This document shows, piece by piece, positions 32,931 to 42,595 of a stretch of DNA of 64,000 nucleotides. Where the stretch lies: assembly GCA_963792585.1 (NCBI GenBank), contig CAWBWI010000006.1, positions 32,001 to 96,000 on the forward strand, in the 5' to 3' direction. A program made the position numbers and the translations under genes. The notes beneath the pieces were generated by a model that did not search any database, had not been told where the DNA came from, and was given only the letters and a program-made list of their open reading frames with translations. Within the stretch, counting starts at the first letter, position 1, and each line of letters begins with the position of its first letter. The stretch comes from Candidatus Eiseniibacteriota bacterium. Its GTDB lineage: Bacteria; Eisenbacteria; RBG-16-71-46; CAIMUX01; VGJL01.

Positions 32931-34011
32931 CTAAGGTGAGTGGGGGTGTGTCGGATCTTGTCGATCACGAGCTCCGAGTCGAGGAACCCTGAAGCGGCGG
33001 AACTCCGGGAGGCCCTTCCAGAAACCAGCCAGGAGTCCCAGGTAGATCGTGAGGAAGGCCAGGACCGTTCTTGCCGCAGACGCAGGTGCCCCTCGGTTCA
33101 ATCGGAGGCTCTCGCCCAAGATCAATAGGAGCCACGTCGCAACAGGAACTCCAAGGAAGTACACAAACGGCCTGAGACCCGCAGCAACGAGCACTCCGAC
33201 TGCCAAGAGGAGAAACCCGGTCATACCGACCAGCGGCCAGGGAATGAGGTCGGGATGGCGCGCCATGAGCCGAGCGCGTCCCCTACCGTAGCGGAACATC
33301 TGACGAAACAAGCCCCGGAGGCTCGCCCGTGGACGGTAGTCTATCCGCAGATCCGGATGGCGATAGGCCGAGAATCCCGCCTCTGCTACGCGGTGATTGA
33401 ACTCTACATCCTCGCAGGCATCAAAGCGCTCGTCGTATCCCCCAAGTTGCTCGATGACGCCCCTCCCATATGCCGCCCCGGCCGTGCGCGGATCTGTGAA
33501 ACCGGGCGTTCCACCGAAGATGTCCGAGCGATAGTTGTGGCCAAGCCACGAATGTCGGGCCGCGGAGATCGCCGCGGCCCACTTGGACTCAGCCAGGGTA
33601 TCCAGGTACTGCGGGCGACATAGACACGCGGCGCCGGTCGTCTGGAACAGGTCCAGAACACGCACAAAGTAGTCGTCTCTAGGGATCGAACAGTGTCCAT
33701 CCAAGATAGAGCACGTAGGTCCCACGCGCCGTGCGGGCTCCGACGTTTCTCCCGGAACTGCTCAACTTGCCTGGATTCGCGAGCAAATGCAGATTGGGAT
33801 GGGTGCCGGCAAGATCTTGGACGATCCGCCGCGTGTCGTCGGAGGACCCCCCGTCCACAACCAGAACCTCGTAGCCACCAAGTGGCTCGCGCTGCCCGAA
33901 GATCTCCCCGAGCACCCGCCCAATGTCCCGCTCCTCGTTTAGAACGGGCAGCACGACCGAGAGCACCAGAGCGCGGCCCCGATCAGGCAGGGAGATCGGC
34001 CGGCTTCCCAT
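32931..34011 (-). CDS. Glycosyltransferase family 2, ExoA-like (frameshift near 33700)
   Basis: SVVLPVLNEE, VVDGGSSD, SSGRNVG; the second frame gives LDGHC, GGYDE...CEDVEFN.R, QMFRYGRGR and C-terminal TMs. Confidence 0.85.
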
Positions 34012-34726
34012 CTCCTCCGTCGCCGTTCCCGGGGGACTTGTGATAGCCGTATCCATAACCATACCCGTAGCCGTATCCCGAACTAGCGTGATCCGGAATG
34101 GCCTCCTGGAGGTTCCCGACGACGAGGCCGAGGATCTTTGTCTCCATTCCCAGGCAGATTTCCCGCGCCCGACTCAGCTGCTGCCGTGTCGTCCGCCCAG
34201 CCATGGCCATCAGGATGGCGCCGTCGACGAACGGCAGCAGGCCGGCGGTGTCCGCCACCGGAAGAAGGGCCGGGGCGTCGAGGAGGATGAGGTCGTAACG
34301 CTTGCGGATCTCGTCAAAGATGTCTCCGAGCACGGAGCTCCGGAATAGCAGTCCGGGGTCTTCGCCTTGTGGTCCGGGTAGCAGAAGACTGAGGTTCGTC
34401 AGCTCGGTGGCGATGATAGCTTCCGCGACGGTGCGCTCTCCGCGGAGGACTTCACCGAGAGTCACCGGGACATCAACCTCGAAGTGCTTGTTGAGCGACG
34501 GCTCCCTGAAATCGAGATCCACCGCAAGAATGGATCGATCGGGGTGGACCCCAAGGGCGCCCGCAAGACATGCGACCGTGGTACTTTTCCCCTCCTCCCG
34601 TCCCGCGCTGGTCACCAGGATGATCTTGATGTTCTCAGCCCGACTCTTGCGCCAGAGCCGCGCTTCCAGCTTGTGGACCTCGGTCGCCAGTAGCCAGTCC
34701 TGCTCCAGTCTATCGTTGATCTTCAT
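33983..34726 (-). CDS. BY-kinase (CpsD/CapB, Wzc catalytic domain)
   Basis: VTSAGREEGKST, VDLDFR, LDAP and C-terminal Tyr cluster GYGYGYGYGY. Confidence 0.9.
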   Translation of the reverse strand: MKINDRLEQDWLLATEVHKLEARLWRKSRAENIKIILVTSAGREEGKSTTVACLAGALGVHPDRSILAVDLDFREPSLNKHFEVDVPVTLGEVLRGERTVAEAIIATELTNLSLLLPGPQGEDPGLLFRSSVLGDIFDEIRKRYDLILLDAPALLPVADTAGLLPFVDGAILMAMAGRTTRQQLSRAREICLGMETKILGLVVGNLQEAIPDHASSGYGYGYGYGYGYHKSPGNGDGGDGKPADLPA

Positions 34727-36386
34727 CCGTGTCCTTATCCGGGCTGATCACGTTCACGGGCGTGCCCTTCGTCCACACGTGCAGAAGTAGTTGATCCTTC
34801 ACGGCATATACTGTCGCGGCGAGCAGCAACACGAGGGCGACACTCGCCGGTACCCAATGGCGACGCAGCCACTTCCGACGCGTTGTCAACCGACTAAGTA
34901 GAGGTGTGGTGCCCAGGATTGGTTCCGGGACGACCCGGGAGAAGTCCTCCAGAGTTCGAAGCGTCGAATCGGCTGCCTCACCCAGGAATGCCATGCCGGC
35001 GCCCAGGATCGGGCCGAGCATTAGCGAGGCCAGGAGGATCTTGGTTTTGTTCGGATGGCTCGGTTTCAGCGGTCGGTTTGCGGGATCCAGGATCTCGATC
35101 TGCATGCCAAGCTTGGTGATCTCGACCGCGCGGCTCACATCGCTCGCGACCATCTGGGACTGGAACGATTGGAGTAGCTTCCGGTTCGTCTCGACTTCGG
35201 CGCCGAGTCGCGCCAGTTCGATCTGGCCCCCGGGAGTCGATTCAACCCGCTGCTTGGACCTGTCCATGGAGGCTTGCAGCGCATCCGCGGCTGACTTCTG
35301 CGCCTCCAGATCTAGCTGGGAGAAGAGGTATTTCGCGACCGTCGCCACCTGATCTGGGTTCGATTCCGCGTAGCGGGCGTCGACCTCGAGTTCCACCTGA
35401 TGCAGCAGGTTCCTACGGATGCTGGCATACGCTCCCTGGGGAGGCCACGCACCCAGATCTCCGACCGGCGCCCCGAGTCGGTTCATGACCTCATTCGTCA
35501 GTGCCGACTTCAGTCCCGTGGCGAGTTCTCGGACCTTCGCGCTCCCGAAAACAGCCCCCGAGTGATCCTCGAGACCGAGGGAGGCGACATTCTCTCCGTA
35601 TTCTTTCAGCCGGACACGCGTCATTGCGGCTTCGTCCGCTACCTTGCGAGAAAACGACTCGGCATAGGTGAGGTTTTCAGGACGTACGGTGCTCTGCCCC
35701 AGATCCCTCTGGATCAGAGACTGCTGGTAGCGCTCCAGTGCGTCCTCGGATTGCTGGAGCCGTTGTTCATAGATATGAAGCTGCTCCGCGCCAAACGTAT
35801 GTGCCGACTTGATCAGATCGATGTTCCTCTGGTTCGACGCGTCCACGAAGATCTCGGTAATCCACTTGGCGATGAGCTGGGCATTCTCCGGGCTGTAATC
35901 CGCGACCGTGACCTTGTAGATCCCTTGTCCCGAGCTCCCAAAGCGGATGCGCGACTGGAGATTCTCGACGAGGATCCGAATCGCCATCTCGTTCAGGCCC
36001 ACGTCGGACTTGCGTTTCTTCAACTCATTTGAGGCGCGTTCGCGAATGATCGGATCCTCATTCATCTTGAGGATCCGGATGACGCGCTCGAGGAATGGAC
36101 GGCTCCGGATTCGCCCGACCATCTTCGCCATCCGCGCTTGATCCATCCCATACCCGTTCGGCGTCTCCATGATGCCGCCCCGGACCTTCTCCAGTTCACT
36201 GGACAGGAGCTGGCTGTCCTCGATCATCAATGTCGACTCGGACTCATAAGTCTTTGGTACGAACTCGAGGGCGATCAATGTGGAACTGAGGCAGAGCACC
36301 CAACAGAGAAGGATGATCCCTTTCCTACGCCATGCCATCCGCAGGTATTGCTTGATATTGACGGACTTATCGAGACTCGAAGTCAT
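34710..36386 (-). CDS. Polysaccharide co-polymerase / chain length determinant (Wzz/GumC-like)
   Basis: N-terminal TM, PKTYESESTL, coiled coil, ILDPANRP.KPS.P followed by TM. Confidence 0.88.
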   Translation of the reverse strand: MTSSLDKSVNIKQYLRMAWRRKGIILLCWVLCLSSTLIALEFVPKTYESESTLMIEDSQLLSSELEKVRGGIMETPNGYGMDQARMAKMVGRIRSRPFLERVIRILKMNEDPIIRERASNELKKRKSDVGLNEMAIRILVENLQSRIRFGSSGQGIYKVTVADYSPENAQLIAKWITEIFVDASNQRNIDLIKSAHTFGAEQLHIYEQRLQQSEDALERYQQSLIQRDLGQSTVRPENLTYAESFSRKVADEAAMTRVRLKEYGENVASLGLEDHSGAVFGSAKVRELATGLKSALTNEVMNRLGAPVGDLGAWPPQGAYASIRRNLLHQVELEVDARYAESNPDQVATVAKYLFSQLDLEAQKSAADALQASMDRSKQRVESTPGGQIELARLGAEVETNRKLLQSFQSQMVASDVSRAVEITKLGMQIEILDPANRPLKPSHPNKTKILLASLMLGPILGAGMAFLGEAADSTLRTLEDFSRVVPEPILGTTPLLSRLTTRRKWLRRHWVPASVALVLLLAATVYAVKDQLLLHVWTKGTPVNVISPDKDTDEDQR

Positions 36387-36404
36387 GTCGTCCTCGCGTT
36401 GTCG

Positions 36405-37364
36405 CTAGCGCGTGATCGCGATGAGGCTGACGGCCGCCGTTGCGAGTGAGACGAGCGGCGCCAGTCCCACGACCCCCTGGAAGAACGCCAGCACGGTCGA
36501 GCGTTGTTGAGGAATGCTGATCGTGTCGCCCGGCTTGAGCTTCAGGTTCGCCGAGGGTTGGCCGTCCGCAAGATAACGCTTCAAATCAAGAGTGTACGAG
36601 CACGTCCCTTGAGAACCAGGCCGTGTAAGTAGAGTCTTGCTCAGGTCAGCGTCCGGAAGTTGTCCACCCGCCGCCGAGATCGCCTCGACCACGGTCGAAG
36701 CGGTCTGGATCTTGTAGCTGCCGGGATTCCTCACGGCTCCCAAGACTTGAAACTTGTCTCCCGTGACGGCATTCTCCGTGGCGCTTGGGACGATGATGGT
36801 GTCCTTCGGTCCGAGGACCGGCAGCTTGCTCGCATCCGTCTGATCGATCCCCTTGGAAAGATCGACGGTCACGGTTCGCTCCGTCCCCTTCTGTTCGTCA
36901 CTGTGGACGATCTGGACGTGAGTGAGATCCGCGAGCGGGGTCGCGCCGCCCGCCTTCAGTAGAACCTCCCAAAGCCCCGGGATGACTCGGAAGCCCTGCC
37001 GGCCCGGGTCTCGCACCTCTCCCACCACGGTCACACTCAGGCTGTTGTACTGGAGAATCGTGACGAGGATCTCCGTGATCTGGGAATCGACGAGTTGATA
37101 GCGCTCGGTGAGGTACTTGCCCAGGTCCGCCGGCGTTCTGCCGGCGGCCTCGACAGCTCCCACGAGAGGGAGTGACACCTTGCCCGACTCATCCAGAACG
37201 GCATCCGTCGTCAGATCCGCCCGACCCCACGCCTGGATTCGGATCACGTCTTCAGCGCCGAGCCGGTACTCATCAACCGCTGCCTTGGATGCCCCTTCGG
37301 CCGCCCAACAAGGGGATGCCAGACCCGCAAGCAGGAGTGCCACGAGGCCGAGTCTTCGTATCAC
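36405..37364 (-). CDS. Polysaccharide export protein (Wza-like, SLBB domains)
   Basis: YRLGAEDVIRI, G.VSLPLVG, VVGEVRDPG, VLGAVRNPG, LKPGDTI. Confidence 0.9.
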   Translation of the reverse strand: MIRRLGLVALLLAGLASPCWAAEGASKAAVDEYRLGAEDVIRIQAWGRADLTTDAVLDESGKVSLPLVGAVEAAGRTPADLGKYLTERYQLVDSQITEILVTILQYNSLSVTVVGEVRDPGRQGFRVIPGLWEVLLKAGGATPLADLTHVQIVHSDEQKGTERTVTVDLSKGIDQTDASKLPVLGPKDTIIVPSATENAVTGDKFQVLGAVRNPGSYKIQTASTVVEAISAAGGQLPDADLSKTLLTRPGSQGTCSYTLDLKRYLADGQPSANLKLKPGDTISIPQQRSTVLAFFQGVVGLAPLVSLATAAVSLIAITR

Positions 37365-38179
37365 TATCGGGCCCCTCTCCCCCGAACCACCACGTCAAGT
37401 GTTCTCAGTAGAATCTTCACATCCAACAAGGGGCACTTGTTCTTGACGTAGTACAGGTCGTACTTGAGCTTCTTCTTCACATCATCGATGTTGCCGTCGT
37501 AGTTGCGCTCGATCTGCGCGAGACCGGTGATCCCCGGCGGGACGCGAAGGCGGGCCGGGTACTCGGGAATCTCGTCCGTGAGCCTGCAAACGAAATGCGG
37601 CCGCTCCGGACGCGGGCCGATCAGCGACATGGTCCCCTGCGCAACGTTGATGAGCTGCGGCAGTTCGTCGAGCCTCAAGTGCCGCAGGATGCACCCAAAT
37701 CTCGTGACCCTGGGATCCCTCTCGGCAGCCCAGACCGGGCCGGTGAGCTTCTCGGCGTTTGGGACCATGGTGCGGAACTTGTAGATCCAGAAGATCTGGC
37801 CAGCTCCTGGGCTCTTCCGTCGATCCACGGAGCCCTGAAACCCCGAATCCGGACTGGCACTGCGCCTGCGGTCGAGTCCCACCCGCTCCTGTCGATAGAG
37901 GATCGGCCCCCCCCATGAGGTCAGCTTCACCCCAACGGCGATCAAGAGCATCAATGGGGATGCAACCACGAGCCCCAGCATCGCCAGCGCCCGCTCCCCG
38001 GCTCCTACAGCCGGACAGAGAGGGGCGGGTTCCTGCGCGATCACTGCGGGTGGCGCGGGCAACTCCGACCATGGACGGAAGTTGAAATCTGCCTGCTTCT
38101 CTTCTGTAGTCTGCGGCGTCGCTCGACGCCTGGATCCACGATTCTCTGTAGCAACGATCATGGAATACCTCACATTCAT
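37364..38179 (-). CDS. Priming phosphoglycosyl (sugar) transferase
   Basis: YKFRTM, DPRVT, LDELPQL.NV, SLIGPRPERP, PGITGLAQ, YDLYY. Confidence 0.93.
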   Translation of the reverse strand: MNVRYSMIVATENRGSRRRATPQTTEEKQADFNFRPWSELPAPPAVIAQEPAPLCPAVGAGERALAMLGLVVASPLMLLIAVGVKLTSWGGPILYRQERVGLDRRRSASPDSGFQGSVDRRKSPGAGQIFWIYKFRTMVPNAEKLTGPVWAAERDPRVTRFGCILRHLRLDELPQLINVAQGTMSLIGPRPERPHFVCRLTDEIPEYPARLRVPPGITGLAQIERNYDGNIDDVKKKLKYDLYYVKNKCPLLDVKILLRTLDVVVRGRGAR

Positions 38180-40068
38180 GGAGATGTTTGGATCGAGACT
38201 GTATTGCTTCCTGTCGACTTGGCCTCCGTGGCATCGTCAAACACGAACACGCGGTAGTAGTAACGCTTCCCCTTCTCGAGCTCCCGGTCTCGGAACGTGG
38301 TGGAGCTCTTCTCGTCGATCTCCACTACCTTCGTCGACCCGGTCGTGACCGTGGCAACCTCGTCCCGGTAGAGGCCGTAGCGCGCAAAGTCATGCGCGTC
38401 GCTCGCGCTCCACGAGAGGGTTGCCGCCGTGGTATCGACCTGGGTCGCCTCGTTCAAGGAAACGGCCGGAGGCGCTTCGTTCTTCGTGAAGACCTCGACT
38501 TCGTTACTGGGAGTCCTCAGCCCGCCCTCGTCGACGACATAGACCCTGTAGTGGTGGGCGGTATTCTCGATGAGATCCGTCTGGACAAAAAGGGTGCGAC
38601 CGGCATCGGTCGCTTCGAGAAGAAGCGGGTCCGTTTCATCAACGGCGCCCTCATCGCTGCCGTAGAGACGATACGACTGGAAGTCGGTCTCACTGGAACG
38701 GCCCCACTGAATCGCGATCCGGGTCGGGCCCGTGGCAGAGCCGCTTTCGATGGTGACCGCCGCGGGGTTCCGGAGATTCGGGATCCGTATGTCGAGGACA
38801 TTGGAGCCTGCTTCCGATCCCGCCGTGTCCTGGACATAGACCCTGTAGTAGTACCTGCGTCCCTCGACGACCTGTGTGTCCTGTCCCTCGAGGGTGGACG
38901 CGCTCTGGACCGTGGCCACCAGCCTGCCCGTAGAATCGACCGCGGCGGTCTCACCCCGGAAGAGGCGGTACGCGGAGAACCCTGTTTCGTCGAACAGACT
39001 CCAGTGGAGGGTCACGGAGGCCGCGGCCGGCGGTTCCGCCAGATCCGCTCCGGTCAAGGTGACCGGCTTCAACGCGGGTCGGACGGTGAGAAGTTGCGAT
39101 GCCGCGACACTCGTGGCCGTGTTGCCGGCCTCATCGGTGAACGAACCGTGGACTTGTGCCCGCGTCACCGGTTCTTTGGACGAGAGAACTCGGTCTCCTT
39201 CGTAGGTTCCATCTCCGGCCGTCGGATCTCCTCCGGTCCCGTCGTCGTACAGCGACACGTTGTCGAGAATGCTGTCCACGCTGATGGTCGCGGTACCCCG
39301 GGTCTCTCCCGCGATGATTCGGAAATGGACCGTGTCCCCGGGACGGCGGGTCGTGGGGCCGTCGAAGGTCACGGCATGAATCGCGGCCTTCGTGTCGAGG
39401 GTGATCGTGTCCGAGGTCGCCAGACTGATCGACCCGTCCTCGAACCGGAACTCCGCATAGACCGTCTTGAGTCCATCATCGGCACTCAGTTGCCACTGAA
39501 GCTGACCGCTCGTGGCATTCCACGGCCGGTCGAAATGCGCCGCATCCTCCGTGCATCGGACCGCCACAGCGGAAGGAGCGTTGTAGCCGACTGTGATGAG
39601 CCGATCCTTCGTGAGAGGCCGGTCGTCTGCGAGAACGATGGAGTGAATCCCCGGGCGCGCCTCGATCTCCTCGGTGCGACGACTGAGCCGCCCGTTTCGA
39701 GATGCGGAAACCCGATAGATATACGTCTGTCCGTTACGAACCCTCGTGTCCCTGTACTCCGGCGATTGGACCTTCGAGAGAACTCGCTCCTCCTCTTCCG
39801 AAGGCATGCCGGGCGCCCGCCGCAGGACGTTGTACTCGTCGGCCGACTCCCCGTTGGGCATCCGCCAGGTCAATCGCACGACGGCATCCCCAACCGCGAC
39901 CCGGACCGAGTCGGGGACAGAGACTCCCGTACCTTGCGCAGGATCGTAGGGGTTGTCGTAGACCGGTTCCTGCCGGTCCACGCTGCACGCGGCAGAGAGA
40001 AGGCCGAGACACAACCATGGAAGGAGATGCAGCCGCCTACGCTTGAGGAATCGCACCGAGGTGATCAT
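38176..40068 (-). CDS. Lipoprotein with multiple FN3 domains
   Basis: Lipobox LSAAC then NPYDP; FN3 repeats ending YYYRV.V.D; LYDDGTGGD..AGDGTY motif. ATGA coupling at both ends. Confidence 0.8.
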   Translation of the reverse strand: MITSVRFLKRRRLHLLPWLCLGLLSAACSVDRQEPVYDNPYDPAQGTGVSVPDSVRVAVGDAVVRLTWRMPNGESADEYNVLRRAPGMPSEEEERVLSKVQSPEYRDTRVRNGQTYIYRVSASRNGRLSRRTEEIEARPGIHSIVLADDRPLTKDRLITVGYNAPSAVAVRCTEDAAHFDRPWNATSGQLQWQLSADDGLKTVYAEFRFEDGSISLATSDTITLDTKAAIHAVTFDGPTTRRPGDTVHFRIIAGETRGTATISVDSILDNVSLYDDGTGGDPTAGDGTYEGDRVLSSKEPVTRAQVHGSFTDEAGNTATSVAASQLLTVRPALKPVTLTGADLAEPPAAASVTLHWSLFDETGFSAYRLFRGETAAVDSTGRLVATVQSASTLEGQDTQVVEGRRYYYRVYVQDTAGSEAGSNVLDIRIPNLRNPAAVTIESGSATGPTRIAIQWGRSSETDFQSYRLYGSDEGAVDETDPLLLEATDAGRTLFVQTDLIENTAHHYRVYVVDEGGLRTPSNEVEVFTKNEAPPAVSLNEATQVDTTAATLSWSASDAHDFARYGLYRDEVATVTTGSTKVVEIDEKSSTTFRDRELEKGKRYYYRVFVFDDATEAKSTGSNTVSIQTSP

Positions 40069-41186
40069 CTTCCCCCCAGGGTCGCCGTGACCCGGAACTG
40101 CTCGTGGTCGGGATTCCATGAAAGCTCCACGGGAACGCGGCCACCTCTGTGACCTGATCCAGACGCATCGAGGACGTTCCAGAGGTAGATCACTCCCGCA
40201 GCACTCGCGAGGGACCACGATAGGATCTCCATTCTGTCAGTTCGTCTGGCGGCATCTTGTAGCGCATCACGCGTTCTCCGAATCCCCTCCTCCGTGTCGG
40301 CGCTCAGATACCTCCGCTGCGCATCGGCCTGACTCGTGCGGGCATCGAGGAACTCGGAGTAGGCGAAGATCGTTCCGGCAGCCAGAGATCCGACTCCCGC
40401 GGCAAAGAGATTGGCCCGTCTCTCCTCACCCATGAACCGCTGGCCCGAACCCGGGATCAGAGCGCTCCGGAGGGAGTTCCGGAATCTGCCCGTCGGAGGG
40501 GGACTGATGAGGTATCCCCCATCCGCCTGGGCGCGCAGGTTCGGCCCCGGCGTGAGGACGACGGCCTCGAGGAAAGCGCCCAGCACCGTCGCCCCGGAAT
40601 AGATGATCCAGAGATTTCGCGATTCGCGGTGGTCCTTCACGGCGGCGGTTGCAATCTCCGATGAGAACCAGGCATTGCGGATTTCATCTTCGGAGACCGC
40701 GGATGCCAGATCCTGGGATGCGCGGCTCCGGTCATCTTCGGCATCCGACATCCGGCCGTGCGTGGTCACAGCCATGCTCGCGGACAGGGCGAAACCGCCA
40801 AGGAACACCCAGCCCCGCCGCTCACCACGGCTGACATGGAGAATACCCGGCGGCAGGAGCAGTGCGGTCGAACCCGCCCAGGGTCGCTGCTCGAACCCCT
40901 GATCCATGCGCAGCAGTCGGCCACGGACAAACGGCAGGCCCGGCTTACGGGCGTGAAGCTGATATTCCCCGATCGGCAGGTCCTGAAGGTCGAGAGGGGT
41001 ATTCCCCGAGAGTTTCGCGGGACCCTGAAGAGAGACGTTAATCCCAGTCGGATCCGACGAGAGAATCGACGATTCCGGTCCCGTCTCCGCGCCAAGGCAC
41101 GCGTTCGACGCGATCACCATGCAGAACAGAAAACATTCGAAAGTCAACCCCGCCACACCGCCCCCACGCAGCCTCCATCGTGTCAC
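40065..41186 (-). CDS. Hypothetical exported/membrane protein (PEGA-like N-terminus, two internally repeated helical-hairpin halves)
   Basis: GNTPL..L.DLPIGEY; repeated L.PG....GERR motif, each followed by hydrophobic helices. Coupled to its neighbours. Confidence 0.65.
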   Translation of the reverse strand: MTRWRLRGGGVAGLTFECFLFCMVIASNACLGAETGPESSILSSDPTGINVSLQGPAKLSGNTPLDLQDLPIGEYQLHARKPGLPFVRGRLLRMDQGFEQRPWAGSTALLLPPGILHVSRGERRGWVFLGGFALSASMAVTTHGRMSDAEDDRSRASQDLASAVSEDEIRNAWFSSEIATAAVKDHRESRNLWIIYSGATVLGAFLEAVVLTPGPNLRAQADGGYLISPPPTGRFRNSLRSALIPGSGQRFMGEERRANLFAAGVGSLAAGTIFAYSEFLDARTSQADAQRRYLSADTEEGIRRTRDALQDAARRTDRMEILSWSLASAAGVIYLWNVLDASGSGHRGGRVPVELSWNPDHEQFRVTATLGGR

Positions 41187-42595
41187 TGTGCGCCCGTCCC
41201 CCCACTCGTCCTCGATCGAAAGTCATCCGCCGCAATCCCCAACCTCGTGAGTAGCTCGTGCAGGCTCGGTCGGGAAATGCCAAGAATCTCCGCCGCCTTC
41301 GAGATGTTCCCGCCCGTACTCCGTAACGCTTGCGTGACCGTCTGACGGTCTGCATCCTCGCGGGCCTCTCGCAAGGAGGTGTTCTTCGTTGGCCTCACCT
41401 GATCCAGTTCAAGGTCCGATGGCTCGATCAGCCGACTCGTCGACATCACCACCGCCTTCTGGACCCGATGTTCCAGTTCCCTCACATTCCCGGGCCATGC
41501 GTAGTTCCGGAGCGCCAACTTCGTGGCCGGAGTAAAGGCCAATCGCGCGCGCTGCATCTCCGCCGAGAATCGATCCAGGAAGTACTGGGCCAGGAACAGG
41601 ATGTCCTCATGCCGATCCCGAAGGGGTGGGATCTTCAGGTTCACGACCGAAAGTCGGTAGTAGAGATCCTGGCGGAATCGCCCCTGGCTCACCTCGTGAT
41701 CCAGATCGCGGCTCGTCGCCGCAACGATCCGGACATCGAGATTGATGACGCTCCGGCCACCGACCCGCTCGATCTCGTGCTCCTGGAGGAAGCGCAGCAG
41801 CTTGACCTGGAGGGACACGGGCAACTCCCCCACCTCGTCGAGGAAGACAGTCCCTTTCTCCGCCAACTCGAGTCGGCCCGCCCGCGAGACGTGCGCCCCG
41901 GTGAAGGCCCCTTTCTCATGACCGAAGAGCTCGCTTTCCAGCAGGTTCTCAGGGATCGCGCCGCAGTTGATGTTCACGAACGGTTTGGTGGCCCTTCTGC
42001 TGAGCCTGCGGATCTCCTTCGCGACGAGCTCTTTCCCGGTCCCGCTTTCCCCGAGGATCAGGATCGCGACGTCCGTCGGCGCAACCCGTTCTAGGTTCCG
42101 GAAGAGCGTTCGCATGGGAGGGCACTGACCCACCATGGAACCGAGACGCCGTTCATCGCCAAGGGTCCGCAGGAGATCGGCGTTCTGTCGCTCCCGGCGT
42201 CCCATGGCCAGCACACGGCGGAGAAGCATCTTCAGTTCCTTGACATCGACCGGCTTGCTGAAGAAGTCGGCCGCCCCATTCTCCACCGCCCGCAAGGCAT
42301 TCGATTCCTCGTCGTTGCCGGTGACAAGAACAACCTTCATGAACGGGTCAAACCCGACACACTTCTCGAGAAGCGCAAAACCCGACTCTGGATTGTTGTC
42401 CTTCAGGGCCAGGTCGAGGGTCACGAGGTCGGGATGGTCTTCCTGGATTCTCCGCCAGCCCTCGCCAGGCTCATTGGCCGTCGTGACGCGGTACTCCTTG
42501 CCCAGGGCAAGGCTCAGCTGGCTCGTGATGATGGGATCATCATCGACAACCAGGAGCTTCGGTACGCCCGCGACTTCAGACACGAGAGTTCTCAA
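41183..42595 (-). CDS. prsR: Sigma-54-dependent response regulator (PrsR-like)
   Basis: Receiver LLVVDDD...VTLDL; GESGTGKE, ELFGHEKGAFTGA, WPGNVREL; Fis HTH. Start is approximate (TTG 42595 or GTG 42583). Confidence 0.85.
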   Translation of the reverse strand: MRTLVSEVAGVPKLLVVDDDPIITSQLSLALGKEYRVTTANEPGEGWRRIQEDHPDLVTLDLALKDNNPESGFALLEKCVGFDPFMKVVLVTGNDEESNALRAVENGAADFFSKPVDVKELKMLLRRVLAMGRRERQNADLLRTLGDERRLGSMVGQCPPMRTLFRNLERVAPTDVAILILGESGTGKELVAKEIRRLSRRATKPFVNINCGAIPENLLESELFGHEKGAFTGAHVSRAGRLELAEKGTVFLDEVGELPVSLQVKLLRFLQEHEIERVGGRSVINLDVRIVAATSRDLDHEVSQGRFRQDLYYRLSVVNLKIPPLRDRHEDILFLAQYFLDRFSAEMQRARLAFTPATKLALRNYAWPGNVRELEHRVQKAVVMSTSRLIEPSDLELDQVRPTKNTSLREAREDADRQTVTQALRSTGGNISKAAEILGISRPSLHELLTRLGIAADDFRSRTSGGTGAQ

